The notes under the pieces are model-generated. The model was not told the DNA's origin. It worked only from the letters and a program-made list of their open reading frames with translations, and searched no databases. A program made the translations under genes and the position numbers. A DNA stretch of 64,000 bases from Octopus sinensis (Eukaryota), in NCBI RefSeq assembly GCF_006345805.1, contig NC_042998.1, forward strand, positions 139,996,001-140,060,000, given 5' to 3'. How positions within the stretch are numbered: position 1 is the stretch's first letter; every line of letters begins with the position of its first letter. Shown in pieces: positions 23,441-37,596 of the stretch.

Positions 23441-23645
23441 ATATATTTGTGTGTCTGTGTTTTTCCCCGCACCATCACATGACAACCGACATTTGTGTGT
23501 CTACGTCCCTGTAACTTAGCAGTTTGACAAAAGATACTCATAGAATAAGTACTAGGCTTACAAAAAATAAGTCCTGGAGTTGATTTGTTCAACTAAAGGC
23601 GGTGCTCCAGCATGGCTGCAATCAGATGACTGAAACCAGTAAAAG
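23170..23645 (+). mobile_element. SINE family B (representative full copy; about 20 copies or fragments in window)
   Basis: tRNA-like head GGCATAGCTGTGTGG..GGATTCAGTCC, GAAACTGAAAGAAGCC, internal (TA)n/(TG)n, tail GGTGCTCCAGCATGGC..GACTGAAAC; others at about 8178-8580, 14460-14800, 39676-40075, 41545-41905(-), 45270-45700, 51540-52040(-) and 62115-62490. Confidence 0.85.
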
Positions 23646-24622
23646 AATATAAATCATGGATTAAGTCAACAAATCAGTCCAAGGGTAGGTATTTATATTC
23701 ATCGACATTTTTTCATATCAACTATCAATGTATTCAGGTCAAAAATAGAATTGGAATCAAGAATCTACTGAATGGCTACTAAATCAACTTACAGACAGCA
23801 ATATTATCATTCAGATAATTTTTTGGTTTTGGTTTTTTGGTTTTTTTCAAGAAATTGCTGGCTAACTGTCTGACAACTAAATGGATCAGTGCACAATCCA
23901 TAGATTGTACTAAGCCAAAAGCTATATAACCCTATTGATTCAGTGAAAAACAAAAGCATAAATTACATAAAAGGAAAGAGAATGGGATCCGGTACCTCTC
24001 TGTGACTGATGTAAAAACCAAAACTGGGTGGTCTGTCTTTGCACTGGTAGACAGAAATAGATGGAAATAGCAAAAAATAAAAGAAAAAGAAGAGAAAATG
24101 AAAATATTGCCAGAGAAGCAATAAGTTCTTTACATTAATTTTCTATGTTAGTGTTCCAGTTAAGTGCAAAACCTTGATTGCCAATATCTGTTATCAAATC
24201 TCAAGAAATAAACCAGCCAATTAATTTTTTTTCTCTCTTCATGGCTGTGCGGTTAATAAGTAGATTCAGCTTCAGTGCTGTTGTGTGGTACTTTGGGCAA
24301 GTGTCTTCTGCTGTAGCCCTGGGCCAACCAGAGCTTTGTGAATGGATTTGGTTAACTGAAAGTGAAAGAAGCCTGTCATGTATACATAAGCGCAGGAGTG
24401 GCTGTGTGGTAAGTGCTTGCTTACCAACCACATGGTTCCAGGTTCAGTCTCACTGCGTGGCACCTTGGCCAAGTGTCTTCTACTATAGCCTCGAGCCGAC
24501 CAAAGCCCTGTGAGTGGATTTGATAGACAGAAACTGAAAGAAGCCCATTGTATATATATATGTGTGTGTGGTGTGTGTGTGTGTGTGTGTGTGTATGTTT
24601 GAGTGTCTGTGTTTGTCCCCCC

Positions 24623-25200
24623 AAGCTCACAGCAGCCATATTCCTACCGCTCTATGTCATGCTGGTGAGACCCATATTGGAGTACGGGATTCAAGCCTCT
24701 TCTCCTTATCTCCTCAAAGACATACAGCATCTCGAAAGAGTCCAGAAGCTGGCTACCCGCATGGTTCTTGGTCTCAAGAATTTGTCTTATGAGGAAAGGT
24801 TGAAGACGCTCGACCTTTATTCTCTAGAAAAACGACGACGCCGTGGTGATCTCATTCTTGCTCACAACATCATAAGCGGAAAGTGTAACCTCTCGAAAGA
24901 GCTGTTCTTCACTCCGGCTCCAGAGCGTCGGCTGCGGGGTCATTCCGAAAAGCTCTATCTGCGATGATTTCATCTCAATTGAAGGAGAGGGGCTTTCTCC
25001 GTCTGGGTTGCGGATCCGTGGAATAAGCTGCCAGACGAGATGGTGAAGATGCCGACGACCGCTCGGTTCAAAGTCTCCCTTGACCTCAAGTGGCCTGAAC
25101 TCTTTACATGAACACCACCCTGTACATAACTCCATGTCCCCCTACATGGCCTTGCTTTTTGCTTTTTGAGCCAAAAAATTAACTAACTAACTAACTAACT
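24623..25200 (+). mobile_element. 5'-truncated CR1-clade LINE 3' end inserted into a SINE B copy
   Basis: LYVMLVRPILEYGIQASSPY..LERVQKLAT..SYEERLKTLDLYSLEKRRRRGDLI..PWNKLP; stop at 25109-11; (AACT)n tail 25179-25200; SINE B halves on both sides. Confidence 0.9.
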
Positions 25201-27899
25201 TGACGACTGATGCTGGTGTGTTTACGTCCCCATCACTTAGCGGTTTGGCAAGAGAGACCAATAGAATAAGTACTAGGCTTACAAAGAATAAGTCCTGGGG
25301 TTGATTTGCTCGACTAAAGGTGGTGCTGCAGCATGGCCGCAGTCAAATGACTGAAACAAATAACAGAAAGAATGTGTGTGTGTGTGTGTGTGTAGTGAGA
25401 GAGAGAGAGATAGTGACTGTTCCATTGTTGGTAGGATCAATAAATAAAGTACTCCTTCTAATGAGAGATATATAAAGAAGTAAGGTAAAGACTCCCTTCA
25501 GTCATGAATGACCATGGGATTGCACCCAGAAAGTTACCTTCCAAGGCACAAGTCCAGGTAAAGTTGTTTATGGAAGACCAGCAGTCATTTATGTATACCA
25601 GCCTCCCTTCTCCATATGACCGATGTTATCCAAAGGAAAAGCAAAGGCTGATACAGCTTGGCACCAGTGATGTTGCAACTCATTTCTACAGCTGAATGAA
25701 CTGGAGCAGCGTGAAAAAAAGTGTCTTGCTCAAGAACACAACACAAAGCCCAATCTGAGAATCAAACTTACTACCTCATGATTGTGAGCCCAATGCTCTA
25801 ACCACTATTCCATTTAATAAACACTGGATTTAGCTATTATAAGTTTCATGCTCAGATTAGTACAGTAACCAAATGAGCTTGTATAGCATACTGGCTTATG
25901 TCCTGCAAGTTCAAAAGCAGAAAAAGTTTTCCTTTTCTGTTTTCTAAACCTGAGCAACTGCTGGATAGTACACAGCATGCTATACAAGCCCATTCAATTA
26001 CTGTACAATCTGAGCTTGAAACTTATAATCACTCACATATGGATCTTGTGCTTATTAAACGATATGTGTATGTGTGTGTGTGATAATCATGTCTGTTTTC
26101 CATGCTGGCATGGGTTGGACAATTTGACAAGAGCTGACCAGTTGAAGGGCTGTTCAAGCTCCCTGTCTGTTTTGGCGTGGTTTCTACAGCTTGATGCCCT
26201 TCCTAACACCAACCACTTTACAGAGTGTACTGGGTGCTTTTACACAGCACCAGAAAGGGTGCTTTTTTCAGGGCACCAACACCTACAAGCCTGTGAGATT
26301 AGGGATGCTCAGCTGGAGAAGGTTGCAGGGGACAAGTCTGTATGCATGGACAACCACGTTTTTACTTAACTTGACATGTCTTTTCAAGCACAGGACAGAT
26401 ATATATATAAATATATTTATATATATATCTGTCCTAGGTATGACTTTAAACTGCATTCCCATAGTGGGGTCCTAATTCAGGAGTTCCAGGGTTTTGAGAA
26501 GTGTGGAACCACCTCTTAGCCACTGTTGCTCCAAGATGTAGTCAGTCCTGAAGTAGTAGCACCAGGTCAGGGTCCCAGCTATGAGTTAATTAGCATTTCC
26601 TTCCAGAAAAAGGTCACTTACAGACACTCCAAGCAACCCAGGGCAGATGAGCTCCTTCAGTTCTTTAGCTGCTCATCCAAGAGAAGGTAACTCCATACAA
26701 ATCTTGCATCTTGATAACTCTTGGGGTTTGTGGCACTTGTTGCACCAGACCAATACAGATTTGATGGACGAGAGAGTAGGACTGGCTCTACACAAACTAT
26801 GCCTACTATAATGATAAATTCCTGCTACCATGTGGGGGTAATTTATTGAGTGCTTAGAAAAGGCTAAAGGAGTAAACCTCTAAGATAAAGATGTAGTTAC
26901 ACTAAATTAAGAACTGGTGCCCCCCATTACTCCGTGGATGCTGCAAACTTTTTGACTTGTCTTTTCTTTGTGGTGTATCCATGAATGAAGGGCCATGGAA
27001 AGAAAGATCAATTCTCTGAATGTAGTTTTGGGGATTTGTTTGAGGTTTCTCAGTAAACACTTATACAGTTAATCCTATAAAAAATATAAATCTCTGTTAG
27101 TCATTTTCTTTTTTTAATTTCCTAACCTCAGACGATTTGGCTGAGTCATTAGAACATAAGCTAAGGATACCTCATTGCATTTGTTCTAACTCTGCTCTCT
27201 TGAGTTCAAATCCTGCCTAGGTCAAATTTGCCTTTCATCATTTTGGAATGGAGAAATAAAGTACCAATCCAAAGAAATGGATTGGTGGAGTGTTGGAGAG
27301 TCTTATAGTATCTGTCCTACTTGTTAGGGGTTCTAACAGCAATGCTTATTATTACACTGGTGCCAAGGAGTATTGACCCAAGTTGGCAACCCTTCTCTTC
27401 ATCAGTACCATAGGGAGAGAGGAGACGTTCAAGCATGGACAACTGCTAGTCTTCTTTAAAATGTCTTGCCTTGGGCCTGTACACATAAAAGCTTGACTGA
27501 CAGAGTCCCTCCAATCTTGTCAACATTCTTGAACATCCTGTTTACAAATGATCTTGAGAAAAACATGGTTATTTTTAAATTCAAACCAGCCAGGCCTCAA
27601 GTTTTTAGTTGACACTGCAAACATGTGATAGAAAATTATTTTGATTTTAAATTTGGGATGAAAAATATATCTTATAGTTATAATTGTAGGAACTAATGTG
27701 AAAATATTCCATTGTAGTTTGGTTTTCCATAGAAACTTTTAAAACTATAAACAATGTTAACAGTTGTCTTACATCATCATCATCATCAACAACATTTAAT
27801 GTCTGTTTTCCATGCCGACATGGGTTGGATGATTCAGGAGCTGGAAAACTGGAGGACCATCCTAAAATCCAATATCTGTTTTGGTAGGGTTTCTATAGC

Positions 27900-28690
27900 T
27901 GGAAACCCTTTCGTTTCAAATTTTGGCACAAGGCCAGCAAGTTTGGGAGAGTAGGTAAGTCAATTATATTAACTCCAGTTCTCAGTTGAAATACCGCTAA
28001 GCATTTTGCCTGGTGTGCTAACAATTCTGCCAGTTCATCACTTTTAGTTTATTTATAATGTTGGTTTCTAATTTTGGCACAAGGCCAGCAATTTCGGGGT
28101 GGGGCAGGTAAGTCAATTACAGTGATCCCAGTGCTCAACTGATACTTATTTTATGACCCTGAAAGGATGAAAGACAAAGTCAACCTCAGCAGAATTTGAA
28201 CTCAGAATATAAAAACAGACAAAATACTGCTAAGCCATTTTGCCCAGCATGCTAATGATTGTGCCAGCGTGTCATCTTTGCTTTATATTGGTTCCAAATT
28301 TTGGCACAAGGTTAACAAGTTCAAGAAGAGTGGATAAATCGATTACAACTGATGCCAGTGTTCAACTGGTACTTATTTTATCAACCCCGAAAGGATGAAA
28401 GGCAAAGTTGACCTGAGTGGAATTTGAACTGAGAACATAAAAACAGATGAAAGGCCACTAAGCATTTTGCCCAGTGTGCTAACAGTTCTGCCAGCTTGCC
28501 ACTTTCACTTTAATTATATCTAATATTGCCATCAAACATGGGCACAAGACTACAAAAGGAGAACAAAGCCATTAAAAGGCAACATCTCAACCACCACCAC
28601 CTATTTCATTAGCAATTTTGTTTTTATCTAGTTCTGAAGGATGAAAGGCAAAGATGAATGACCTCAGTGGGATTTGAACTCAGAACTTAA
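27900..28690 (-). mobile_element. Array of about 5 SINE A copies or fragments
   Basis: Repeated TTTTGGCACAAGG tails and GAAAGGATGAAAG cores, same orientation. Confidence 0.8.
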
Positions 28691-29099
28691 AGGAATCATA
28701 ACCTTATTTTCAATATTAGCACTGGTTAACCTTATATTTCAATTTCATGTTTTCAAAGAATCTTCCTTGTTTTCTAATACTCACATGGGTTGTCTAGGTT
28801 TCGAAACATTAGATATTTACAAGGGCAAAGTATTTTATTACTAAATAACAACAACGACAACAACACCACAAAGTATAAACTGGTTTTCGTTTGTTTGTTT
28901 GTTTTTTTTTTAAATCTTTGATGATAATTATTACTATACCAAAAATGTATGAATTAGATTTACTGAGATAAGAAAAAAAAAAGGAGAAAAATACATGTTT
29001 TGTTTAAAGGAATATACGTAACACACAATGCCTCAAGTTGTGCTTGAAATCAATAGATCAATACTGCAGCACCCCAAGCTACTGAGTTCCTCGAATTTT

Positions 29100-29300
29100 G
29101 ACTCAATACCAGATTTTGCGTGTGTGTGTGTGTGTGTATGTGTGTATACATGCATGCATGCACACACATTCATACACATTCACACACACACATATATATA
29201 TACATATTTGTATATGTATATATATATATATACACAAAAGGCATATACGTAATATGTGTGTGTATGTGTATATATATATATATGTGTGTATATATATATA

Positions 29301-29348
<48 letters not shown>

Positions 29349-29402
29349 CATATATTTATAATTTGTTATGTAGTTCAGCCCTATATATATTTATATATAT
29401 AT

Positions 29403-29439
<37 letters not shown>

Positions 29440-29477
29440 GCATATATTTATAATTTGTTATGTAGTTCAGCCCTATA

Positions 29478-29534
<57 letters not shown>

Positions 29535-29819
29535 TGTATATATGTATGTATATTATAAAGTTGTGATTGTTAAATCTAAACAAAAACAGAGGCTTAGCTA
29601 CTCACAAACTTCAACAGCTAAAAATCTTTGAAAAACATAATGTCTATATCTGAAGCTGGTCTGTTGTTTTATCTGCTATCTCTGGTCTCCTCTTCTCTTT
29701 TCCTTCCTTTTCTCTCTCTCTCTCTCTGTCTTTTTTGTCTTCCTTTTTTTTAAAACTTTTTTAATGTTAAAAAAATAACAACAATAATAATAATGATGAT
29801 GATGATGATGATGATGATG

Positions 29820-29867
<48 letters not shown>

Positions 29868-30404
29868 GACTAAAGGAAAAACAACAATGGCTCGACAAAA
29901 AAATAACAACAATGATAGGAACAGCAACAACAACAACAAGATCGAGAACCACAAACAAAAAAAAAATAATAATAAAAGGAACAAAAATAAAAATAAAAGC
30001 AACAACATAAAACGAAATATAGAACAGTTGATAAGAGATAAAATATTTCATTGCTTTGATTATTTATTTATTTATCTATTTATTTATTTATTTCGCTTTC
30101 AGGTTTGTTTGGTAATATTCTCTACTTTTACCAAATTTCTTCCTCTCCCCTCCACCCCCACCCCTACTTTACCAACCCCCATCTGACCAAAAAGTCTCTC
30201 TTACTGTTTATTCAGACGTAATCAAATTAATGGAGTCCAGTTTGCCATTTCATTTCATTGTTGTTGTTGTTGTTATAGTAGTTTTATTTTATTATATACG
30301 TGTGGGTATACATACATATATATATATATATATATACACACATACATAAGCACATACATGTATATGATATATACATATGTATGTATATATATGCATACAC
30401 ACAC

Positions 30405-30459
<55 letters not shown>

Positions 30460-31209
30460 ATATATATATACATATATACACACACATATATATATATATG
30501 CATATATATATGCATATATATGTATATATATAGATATGTACATATACATATTTATATATACAAATATATATGTGTATGTATGTGTATATCTATATATACA
30601 TGTATATGTATGTGCATATGTATATATTTGTGTATATATGTATGTATATTTAAAATATAATGCATCTGTCTTATTTCTATATAGTTTGAACATTTTCTTC
30701 TTCTTCATCTTCTTTTTTTTCTTCCCCTTCTTCTTCTTCTTTTTCTTCTTTTTCTTCTTCTTCTTCCTCTCCTCCTCCTCCTCCTTCTCCTTCTTCTTCT
30801 TCTTCTTCTTCTTCCCCCTGTCTTGGCAATTGTATCCGTGTCTATCCTTTTGCTGGTCCGACATCATCTTCATCATCTCCATCTTTTTCCTCCTCCTCCT
30901 CCTCCTCCTCCACCACCACCACCACCACCACCACACCACCACCACCACTATTGCTGCTGTCACCGCCGTCATCCTACCTCTCCTTCTCTCCTTCCTTCAT
31001 CTAACAAACCCAAAGTCAAAACCAAAAAACCCCCACAGCTATGACAATGTGTTTATATCTTGTGTAGTTCTTCCTTTCATTCTCTATGAAATCTGCAGCA
31101 TTGCATAGCTGCACCACATCCACATACTCAACACAAAAGACTTGTGGAATCAATAGTTCAGCTATGCTGACTTTTCTCTTCAAAGTTTTTGCATTTCACT
31201 TTTCTTGTA

Positions 31210-31249
<40 letters not shown>

Positions 31250-32032
31250 CTTGTGTGACTTAGTAAAAAAAAATCTTTCGTTCGTGGTTTTCTTTACAGT
31301 GTTTCACTCACCCAACCCCTCATAGATCTCTCTTTCTTCCTTTCTGTCTCTGTCTGTCTGTCTGTCTCTCGTTCTCTGTTACTCTCTCTCTCTCGCTATG
31401 TGTGTGTATATATATATATATATACACACATACATACATTCATATATACATACATACATATATATAAATATGCACATGTATATATATATATATACATACA
31501 TATATATATGTATATATACATATATACATATACACACATACATACATATACACACACACATATATATACATATAGATACACACACGCATCTGTCATCCAT
31601 GCAGCCTTCTTTCTACGTTACTGCCTCTTTCTCCCTATCTCTCTCTATACATTTATCTCTCTCTCTCTCTCTCACTCTCTTTCTTTCTTTTAATCTGACT
31701 CCCACCTACCCCTCCCTCATTTCTCTCCTCCCCTCTCTTTATTTACATTTTCTTTTTCTCCAATTTATTTAACATTTTGTTTTGCTATCTATTTCTTTTT
31801 ATTTTGCTATTCTACCGATTTGTAACTTTTCTTTTCCATATTTTGATTTCGTCTAAACACACCGACATGGACATGGACACACACACACACACACGCACTC
31901 ACACACACACACACCACACACACACACACGGACACAGTATTACATATAGTTCTCTGCCTTTTCCTTTAATATCATTCATCTGTGTCTCTCTATCTTCTCA
32001 TCTCTTTCTCTTCATACATATCTATATATATA

Positions 32033-32084
<52 letters not shown>

Positions 32085-32268
32085 CGTACATACATAGACA
32101 CACATGTTTGTTTGAGTGTGTGTCTATGTACATATAATAAATCTACCAGTCTATTTATCTATCTATCTCACTGTTTGTTAGCTTAACCTTTCTCCAACTT
32201 TTTTCTCCCTCTCTCTCTCACTATATATATATATAATAATATATAATATATATATATATTTATAATTC

Positions 32269-32321
<53 letters not shown>

Positions 32322-32612
32322 CCACATGTATAGACAGGTAGATAGATAGATAGATATCTTAATCTATCTATCTATATCGCTGACATCTACCTACATCTCA
32401 CACTTCATATATTTCCATTGATGCCTATTCCTTCACCAATCTCAAGGTTTTTCTTTACTCTTTTCTAACTTTTCCTTCCTAAAACCTCTCGTCATACCCC
32501 TCCCCCTCAGCCATTTCTTTGTTATTTCTTAATCTGTTTTTTCTTATTATTTTTCCTAACAATATAAACTCTATCATTATTTTTATTATTTTTATTATTA
32601 TTATTATTATTA

Positions 32613-32649
<37 letters not shown>

Positions 32650-32812
32650 TTCTCTCCATTTCTCTTTCATTTTTTGCTTTTCATTGTCTTTAGATTTTTT
32701 TTTTTACTTTATCCTGCTTTATCCCCCCCCCACACACACACTCCTTACATCTTTTCTCTTCACTCTTTTCATAATCTATTGGTCTTTATTTGTTTCTTCT
32801 CACCCCTTCTCT

Positions 32813-32845
<33 letters not shown>

Positions 32846-32900
32846 ACCTACTCTCAGGCATATTTCTTTCCAAATTACTTCATACTGTTTCAATTTTTGT
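29100..32900. repeat. About 3.8-kb block dominated by simple repeats: (TA)n, (TG)n, (TAA)n, (TGA)n, (TTC)n, (TCC)n, (CAC)n, (CT)n, (GATA)n
   Basis: Direct inspection. Confidence 0.95.
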
Positions 32901-33988
32901 TTTAAAGTTGAACTTCCTTATTAGCTTCTTTGTTCTTGTTGTGTAGCTTCTGTAATAGTTTCACCGTGTCCATTGATTGGCCATTTCATTGTCATGTGAC
33001 CAAGTTATCAGGTTGTCTGCCATGAACATCTTGATAACTATTAAGTTTTCTAAGGAGTATAATGTATCGATTGGTGCAATGGTGTTTCTGGAAAATTTTA
33101 ATGTATTGTTCATGCATTGTTTTTGATTTTTTTGAGGTTCATTGTGTTGAAGTATTGGTACTGACTCCATGGCTTGGCCAGCATATTCTTCTTCCTTTTG
33201 TTTGATGGAATTTCCTACATAACAGCAGTGTTTCTTTCATGAATTTTAGTTTCCCATTGATTGTCGTATTTGCTTTGACACCTCATCCACCCCAATCACT
33301 CTCACCCTCTCTTCTAAGATGTGAGTTGTCATGTAGGTCCTCTACATCAAGGAAAAATTGTCCTACTCTGACCCCTTCTTTCATACTTTTATCCCTTGTC
33401 TCCTAGCATAAAGCTTCCCCCTCCTCAGGGTTTGTAGTCCTGCAAACTGCATTGTGACCTCACTGGTGTTGGTAGCATAAAGAATGCTCCCAGTACATGG
33501 TGTAAAATGGTTGGCATTAGGAAGGGCATCAAGCTGTAGAAACCATGATAAAACAGACAGTGGAGCACAATGCTGTCCTTGAATTTTCAGATCCTGTTAA
33601 ACTGTCCAACCTATGCCAGCATGAAACATGGATGTTAAACAATGATGATAAAGAAGAAGATGATGATGATGATGATATATATGCCCACACACACAAGAAA
33701 ATTTGAGTCACCTTTGGTTGCTTTTGGAGTAAGAGAGGGAGAAAAAGAGTTTACAAAGAAATAGAAGAGAGGGTGAAGTTTCTCTTTGAGTGGGGAGAAC
33801 TGCTCTATAAGTGAACAAACTAAAATAAGGCCTCATGAAATTCAAGTAATGTGGAATGTGATGAAACTTATTTATATATGTGTGTGTGTTTGTGTGTGTA
33901 TGTGCATGTGTGAGTGTGTGTGGTAGGCTTCTTTCAGTTTCTGTCTACCAATCCTGCTCTCAAGACTTTGGTCAGCTCAGGACTTTAA

Positions 33989-34209
33989 CCCTTTCGTTAC
34001 CAACCTGGCCAAAACTGGCTTTGGCTCTGTAGTACAAATGTCTTGTTTTCTTAATTTTAAAATTAAAATATTCCCTCAAACCTTAGTCACAATTTATGTT
34101 CCTAACACTAGCTTAATGATAATTAAGTTATTTTACTAAATTCTTTGTTATATTTAAAATAATTGAAAGAAACACAGAACATCTCAAAATAAATACAGTA
34201 ACAAAAGGG
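33989..34209 (-). mobile_element. piggyBac-type MITE family E, inverted copy
   Basis: TTAA at 33985-88 and 34210-13; same TIR; interior is the reverse complement of 1782-2002. Confidence 0.85.
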
Positions 34210-34609
34210 TTAAGGTTTCAGACATGATATTATTAGTAACAATGGGAATGTATGAAACTCTCTGTGTTCAGTATTCATTGCTGTATACATTGCATGTGTT
34301 TGTGTCAAGAGCTTCCAATTTGCACTCAGAATCTGTAGAAACCCAAAGCAAAGACACATTAATATACATGACAGAAATGAAGTAGAAATAGTTATCTCTA
34401 CCACTTCCAGTTTATAGGGTAACATTAAGAACAACATGCTTTGCCAAACCATATCTAGATTTATAGGGTCATATGATAACATAAAATAACAGATATAAAG
34501 TCTTAAAATCAAATATGATAAACCTGGTCATTGCATCATTATAGGTTGATAGTAGAATTTTGAATTAATCATGCTTAATGCCATATCATTGTCTTCCTTT
34601 TCTGTACAG

Positions 34610-34753
34610 TTACAAACCCTTCTCAATGATATGGAACGAGAAAAAGTGGAACTACGGCGTCAGCATTCGCAGAACATTAAGAATATGCTTGACGAGACAA
34701 ATGCGAGATTGGAGGAAATGGAGGAAGCATACAAAAAGCAAAACAATGGCAAT
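34610..34753 (+). CDS. CEP112: CEP112-like exon d (LQTLLNDMEREKVELRRQHSQNIKNMLDETNARLEEMEEAYKKQNNGN)
   Basis: ctgtacag acceptor, GTAAG donor, 144 nt, phase 0/0; resembles human LHNAVAEMEQEKFDLQKQHTENIQELLEDTNVRL. Confidence 0.92.
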
Positions 34754-35446
34754 GTAAGTGGATTTTTCTGTTGACTTGGAACTTCATTCAGAGAAACGCC
34801 TCCGTTGTTAATAAAGAGTGGAATTAAAATGGAATTAATAACTTTCGAATGACTAAATATTATTGCATTTTAAGCAATCTGTTACACACAGAGTATTAAA
34901 TTTTAATAGATCTTTGTTCAAGTTTTTTTCTTTTTTAGTGTCATGCTTAAAAATGTAAATTTTCTTTGCTTAAATATTATATTCCTATTATTTTTACATT
35001 CTACTAATAATTGTTTTGCATAATTTTTCTGTTATGGATTTTTGAGAACTTGCATTGACAATTAGTAAGGTATTTATTTAACAAAATGTGATGAGATTAA
35101 GAATTTTTTTAAATGTTTTCCTGCAGCATCGACTAATATTTCTTTTAATTCATGGTATTGTTCCCCATTCACTTCATTTAATTGCAGCTCTGAATGGAAG
35201 AATTTCCACCCATCTATATTGTCAGCCATACAAAAAACCTTCAGGGTTCAGCTGTCCCATGTTCTTATAATTATATGCTATGAACTATGGGGTACATGCA
35301 GTGACTGCATGATTAAAGAATTTCACTTCTCAACCATGTGGCTTTGTGTTCAATCCCACAGGGCAAGTGTCCTCTATTTCAGCTCTGGGCTGACAAAATT
35401 TTTTGTGAGAGAATATTTTCTTCAACAGAAAGTAAAAGAAGGTGTT

Positions 35447-35496
<50 letters not shown>

Positions 35497-36329
35497 ATGC
35501 ATGCGTGCATGCATATATGTCTCCACATAAATGTTTACAACCTACATTGAGCTGTGGCTACAGCTGGTGATAATCACTACTTGCAGCTCAGGTTCAAGCA
35601 GTGATGTCACCATTTGTGACAGGAGTGCAACCAGGAACATTTGTTGACATTTCCTTTCAACAAATCATCTTCTGACTCTGCACTTTAGAATTCCTCTGGA
35701 ATCAAATAATCTTTTACTTGAAAAAACATGTAAGGTTGGCAACTGAAAAAGCATCCAGCCATAAAAAACATCCTGCTGCAATTAGCCCTAGTCTAAACAA
35801 GGCTAGCAGAGAAAAACTTATCCAAATTCCATCTATCTTTCTTATTCATCACCCTTATAATAATAATGTTTCTTTACTCTCTCTACTCTCCCAGAATACT
35901 TATCCAACAACACCAGTAATTATGTCATCTCTCTCTCCAACAAAACTTTCTATCTGAATCATTACACTTTTTCTCTTCCTCCTCACAGCATAAAATTTAT
36001 TCATCTGTGTTTTGCTCATTTCTTATTTATTTCATCTTTGTCCATCATCCTAAGTCACATTTTTTCATTTTCGTGTGTCCATTCTGTATTGTTTTGTTTT
36101 GCTTTGTTTGCTCTCAGCCCTATATCCTCCAGAAATTTTTGTGGATACCACCAATATAGGAAGTGCTCAGTCTTATCATTAATGGTACAAAACTGAATAT
36201 TACTAATTGGTTGATAACTGATGAAGAATTAGGGATCTTCTGTGTTTGTCTCCCATCCGGTTGTACACTCAGTATACATTGTTGTTTGTTTATTTTCCAT
36301 ACATCTTTTCATTTACTATATACATGTAT

Positions 36330-36428
36330 GTTTGTGTGTATGTATGTGTGTGTGTGAGTGTGTGTGTGTGTATGTATATATATATATGTATATGTGTGTT
36401 TGTGTGTATGTATGTATATGTGTGTATA

Positions 36429-36469
<41 letters not shown>

Positions 36470-36490
36470 ATGTGTGTGTATGTATATATG

Positions 36491-36533
<43 letters not shown>

Positions 36534-36544
36534 CTATCTATCTA

Positions 36545-36580
<36 letters not shown>

Positions 36581-36759
36581 AACAATCTTACTTAGAAATG
36601 GATGCGTGTGTTTGGTTTTGTGTTTATGTTTTTGTTTCTCATTGTGTTTGACGCTTTTTGGGTGTCCTGTACCCATATAAGCATGTAAATATACATGTAG
36701 AGGTAGGTACGTACATATATGTATGTATATATGCATATGTTTTATTTATTTATTAATTC

Positions 36760-36799
<40 letters not shown>

Positions 36800-36890
36800 T
36801 CACACATACATACATAGACACATACATATATGCACACAAATATGCATATGTATGCATGAGTGCATGTATGTGTATGTATGTATTTATATA
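36330..36890. repeat. Compound (TA)n/(TG)n microsatellite block
   Basis: Direct inspection. Confidence 0.9.
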
Positions 36891-37128
36891 TGTGATGGGC
36901 TTTGTACCATTTCCGTCTATCAGAGTCACTCACAAGGCATTAGTCATCCGAGAGCTATATGGTAGAAGATACTTTCCCAATGTGCTACTCAGTGGGACAG
37001 AACCCAAAATCACATGATTGCAAAACCAAACTTCTTAACCATTGATTATGAAAGTTCAAACAATTGTCTCTATTCATCACACATGAATTGAATAAAATAT
37101 TGATTGATTGATTGATTTTATTCAACAG

Positions 37129-37283
37129 ATAAATATGATCAAAGATCTGGAGGGTAGAGTTCAAGAACTTGTTCTTGAAGCAGACTCAATTTCTAAGAAA
37201 CGAAATGTTTTGGAAACGGAAAATAAAGAACTACAAACAACCATTGACAACCAAAAGGAAGAAATACACTCATTAAAACAAAG
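37129..37283 (+). CDS. CEP112: CEP112-like exon e (INMIKDLEGRVQELVLEADSISKKRNVLETENKELQTTIDNQKEEIHSLKQ)
   Basis: ttcaacag acceptor, GTAAT donor, 155 nt, phase 0/2. Confidence 0.92.
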
Positions 37284-37594
37284 GTAATTAATCTATTTTA
37301 ATTAGTGTATATGAATTAACTGAAACTGACACATGAACAGAGAAACTAATAAAATTCTTTATCTGCTTTCTAGAAGCATTATTATTATTATTATTTTTAA
37401 GGTGGCGAGTTGGCAGAATCATTAGCATGCTGGACGAAATGCTTAGCAGTATTTCACCCATTGCTACGTTCTGAGTTTAAATTCCGCCCAGGTCAACTTT
37501 GCCTTTTATCCACCAGGGTCAATGTCATCAGCTTATCCCCTCCTTGAAATTGCTGGCTTTGTGCCTTTAGTAGAAAGGATTAATATTTTATTAA

Positions 37595-37596
37595 TG

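Noticed and set aside
26420-27000. Higher-GC block resembling an RTE 5' UTR
   Set aside because: Only a vague resemblance, single copy in window, no coding motif; not supportable
32961-33230. Minus-strand ORF with CYVGNS suggesting a GIY-YIG motif
   Set aside because: Too short, bounded by stops, and lacks the downstream Arg/Glu-His signature
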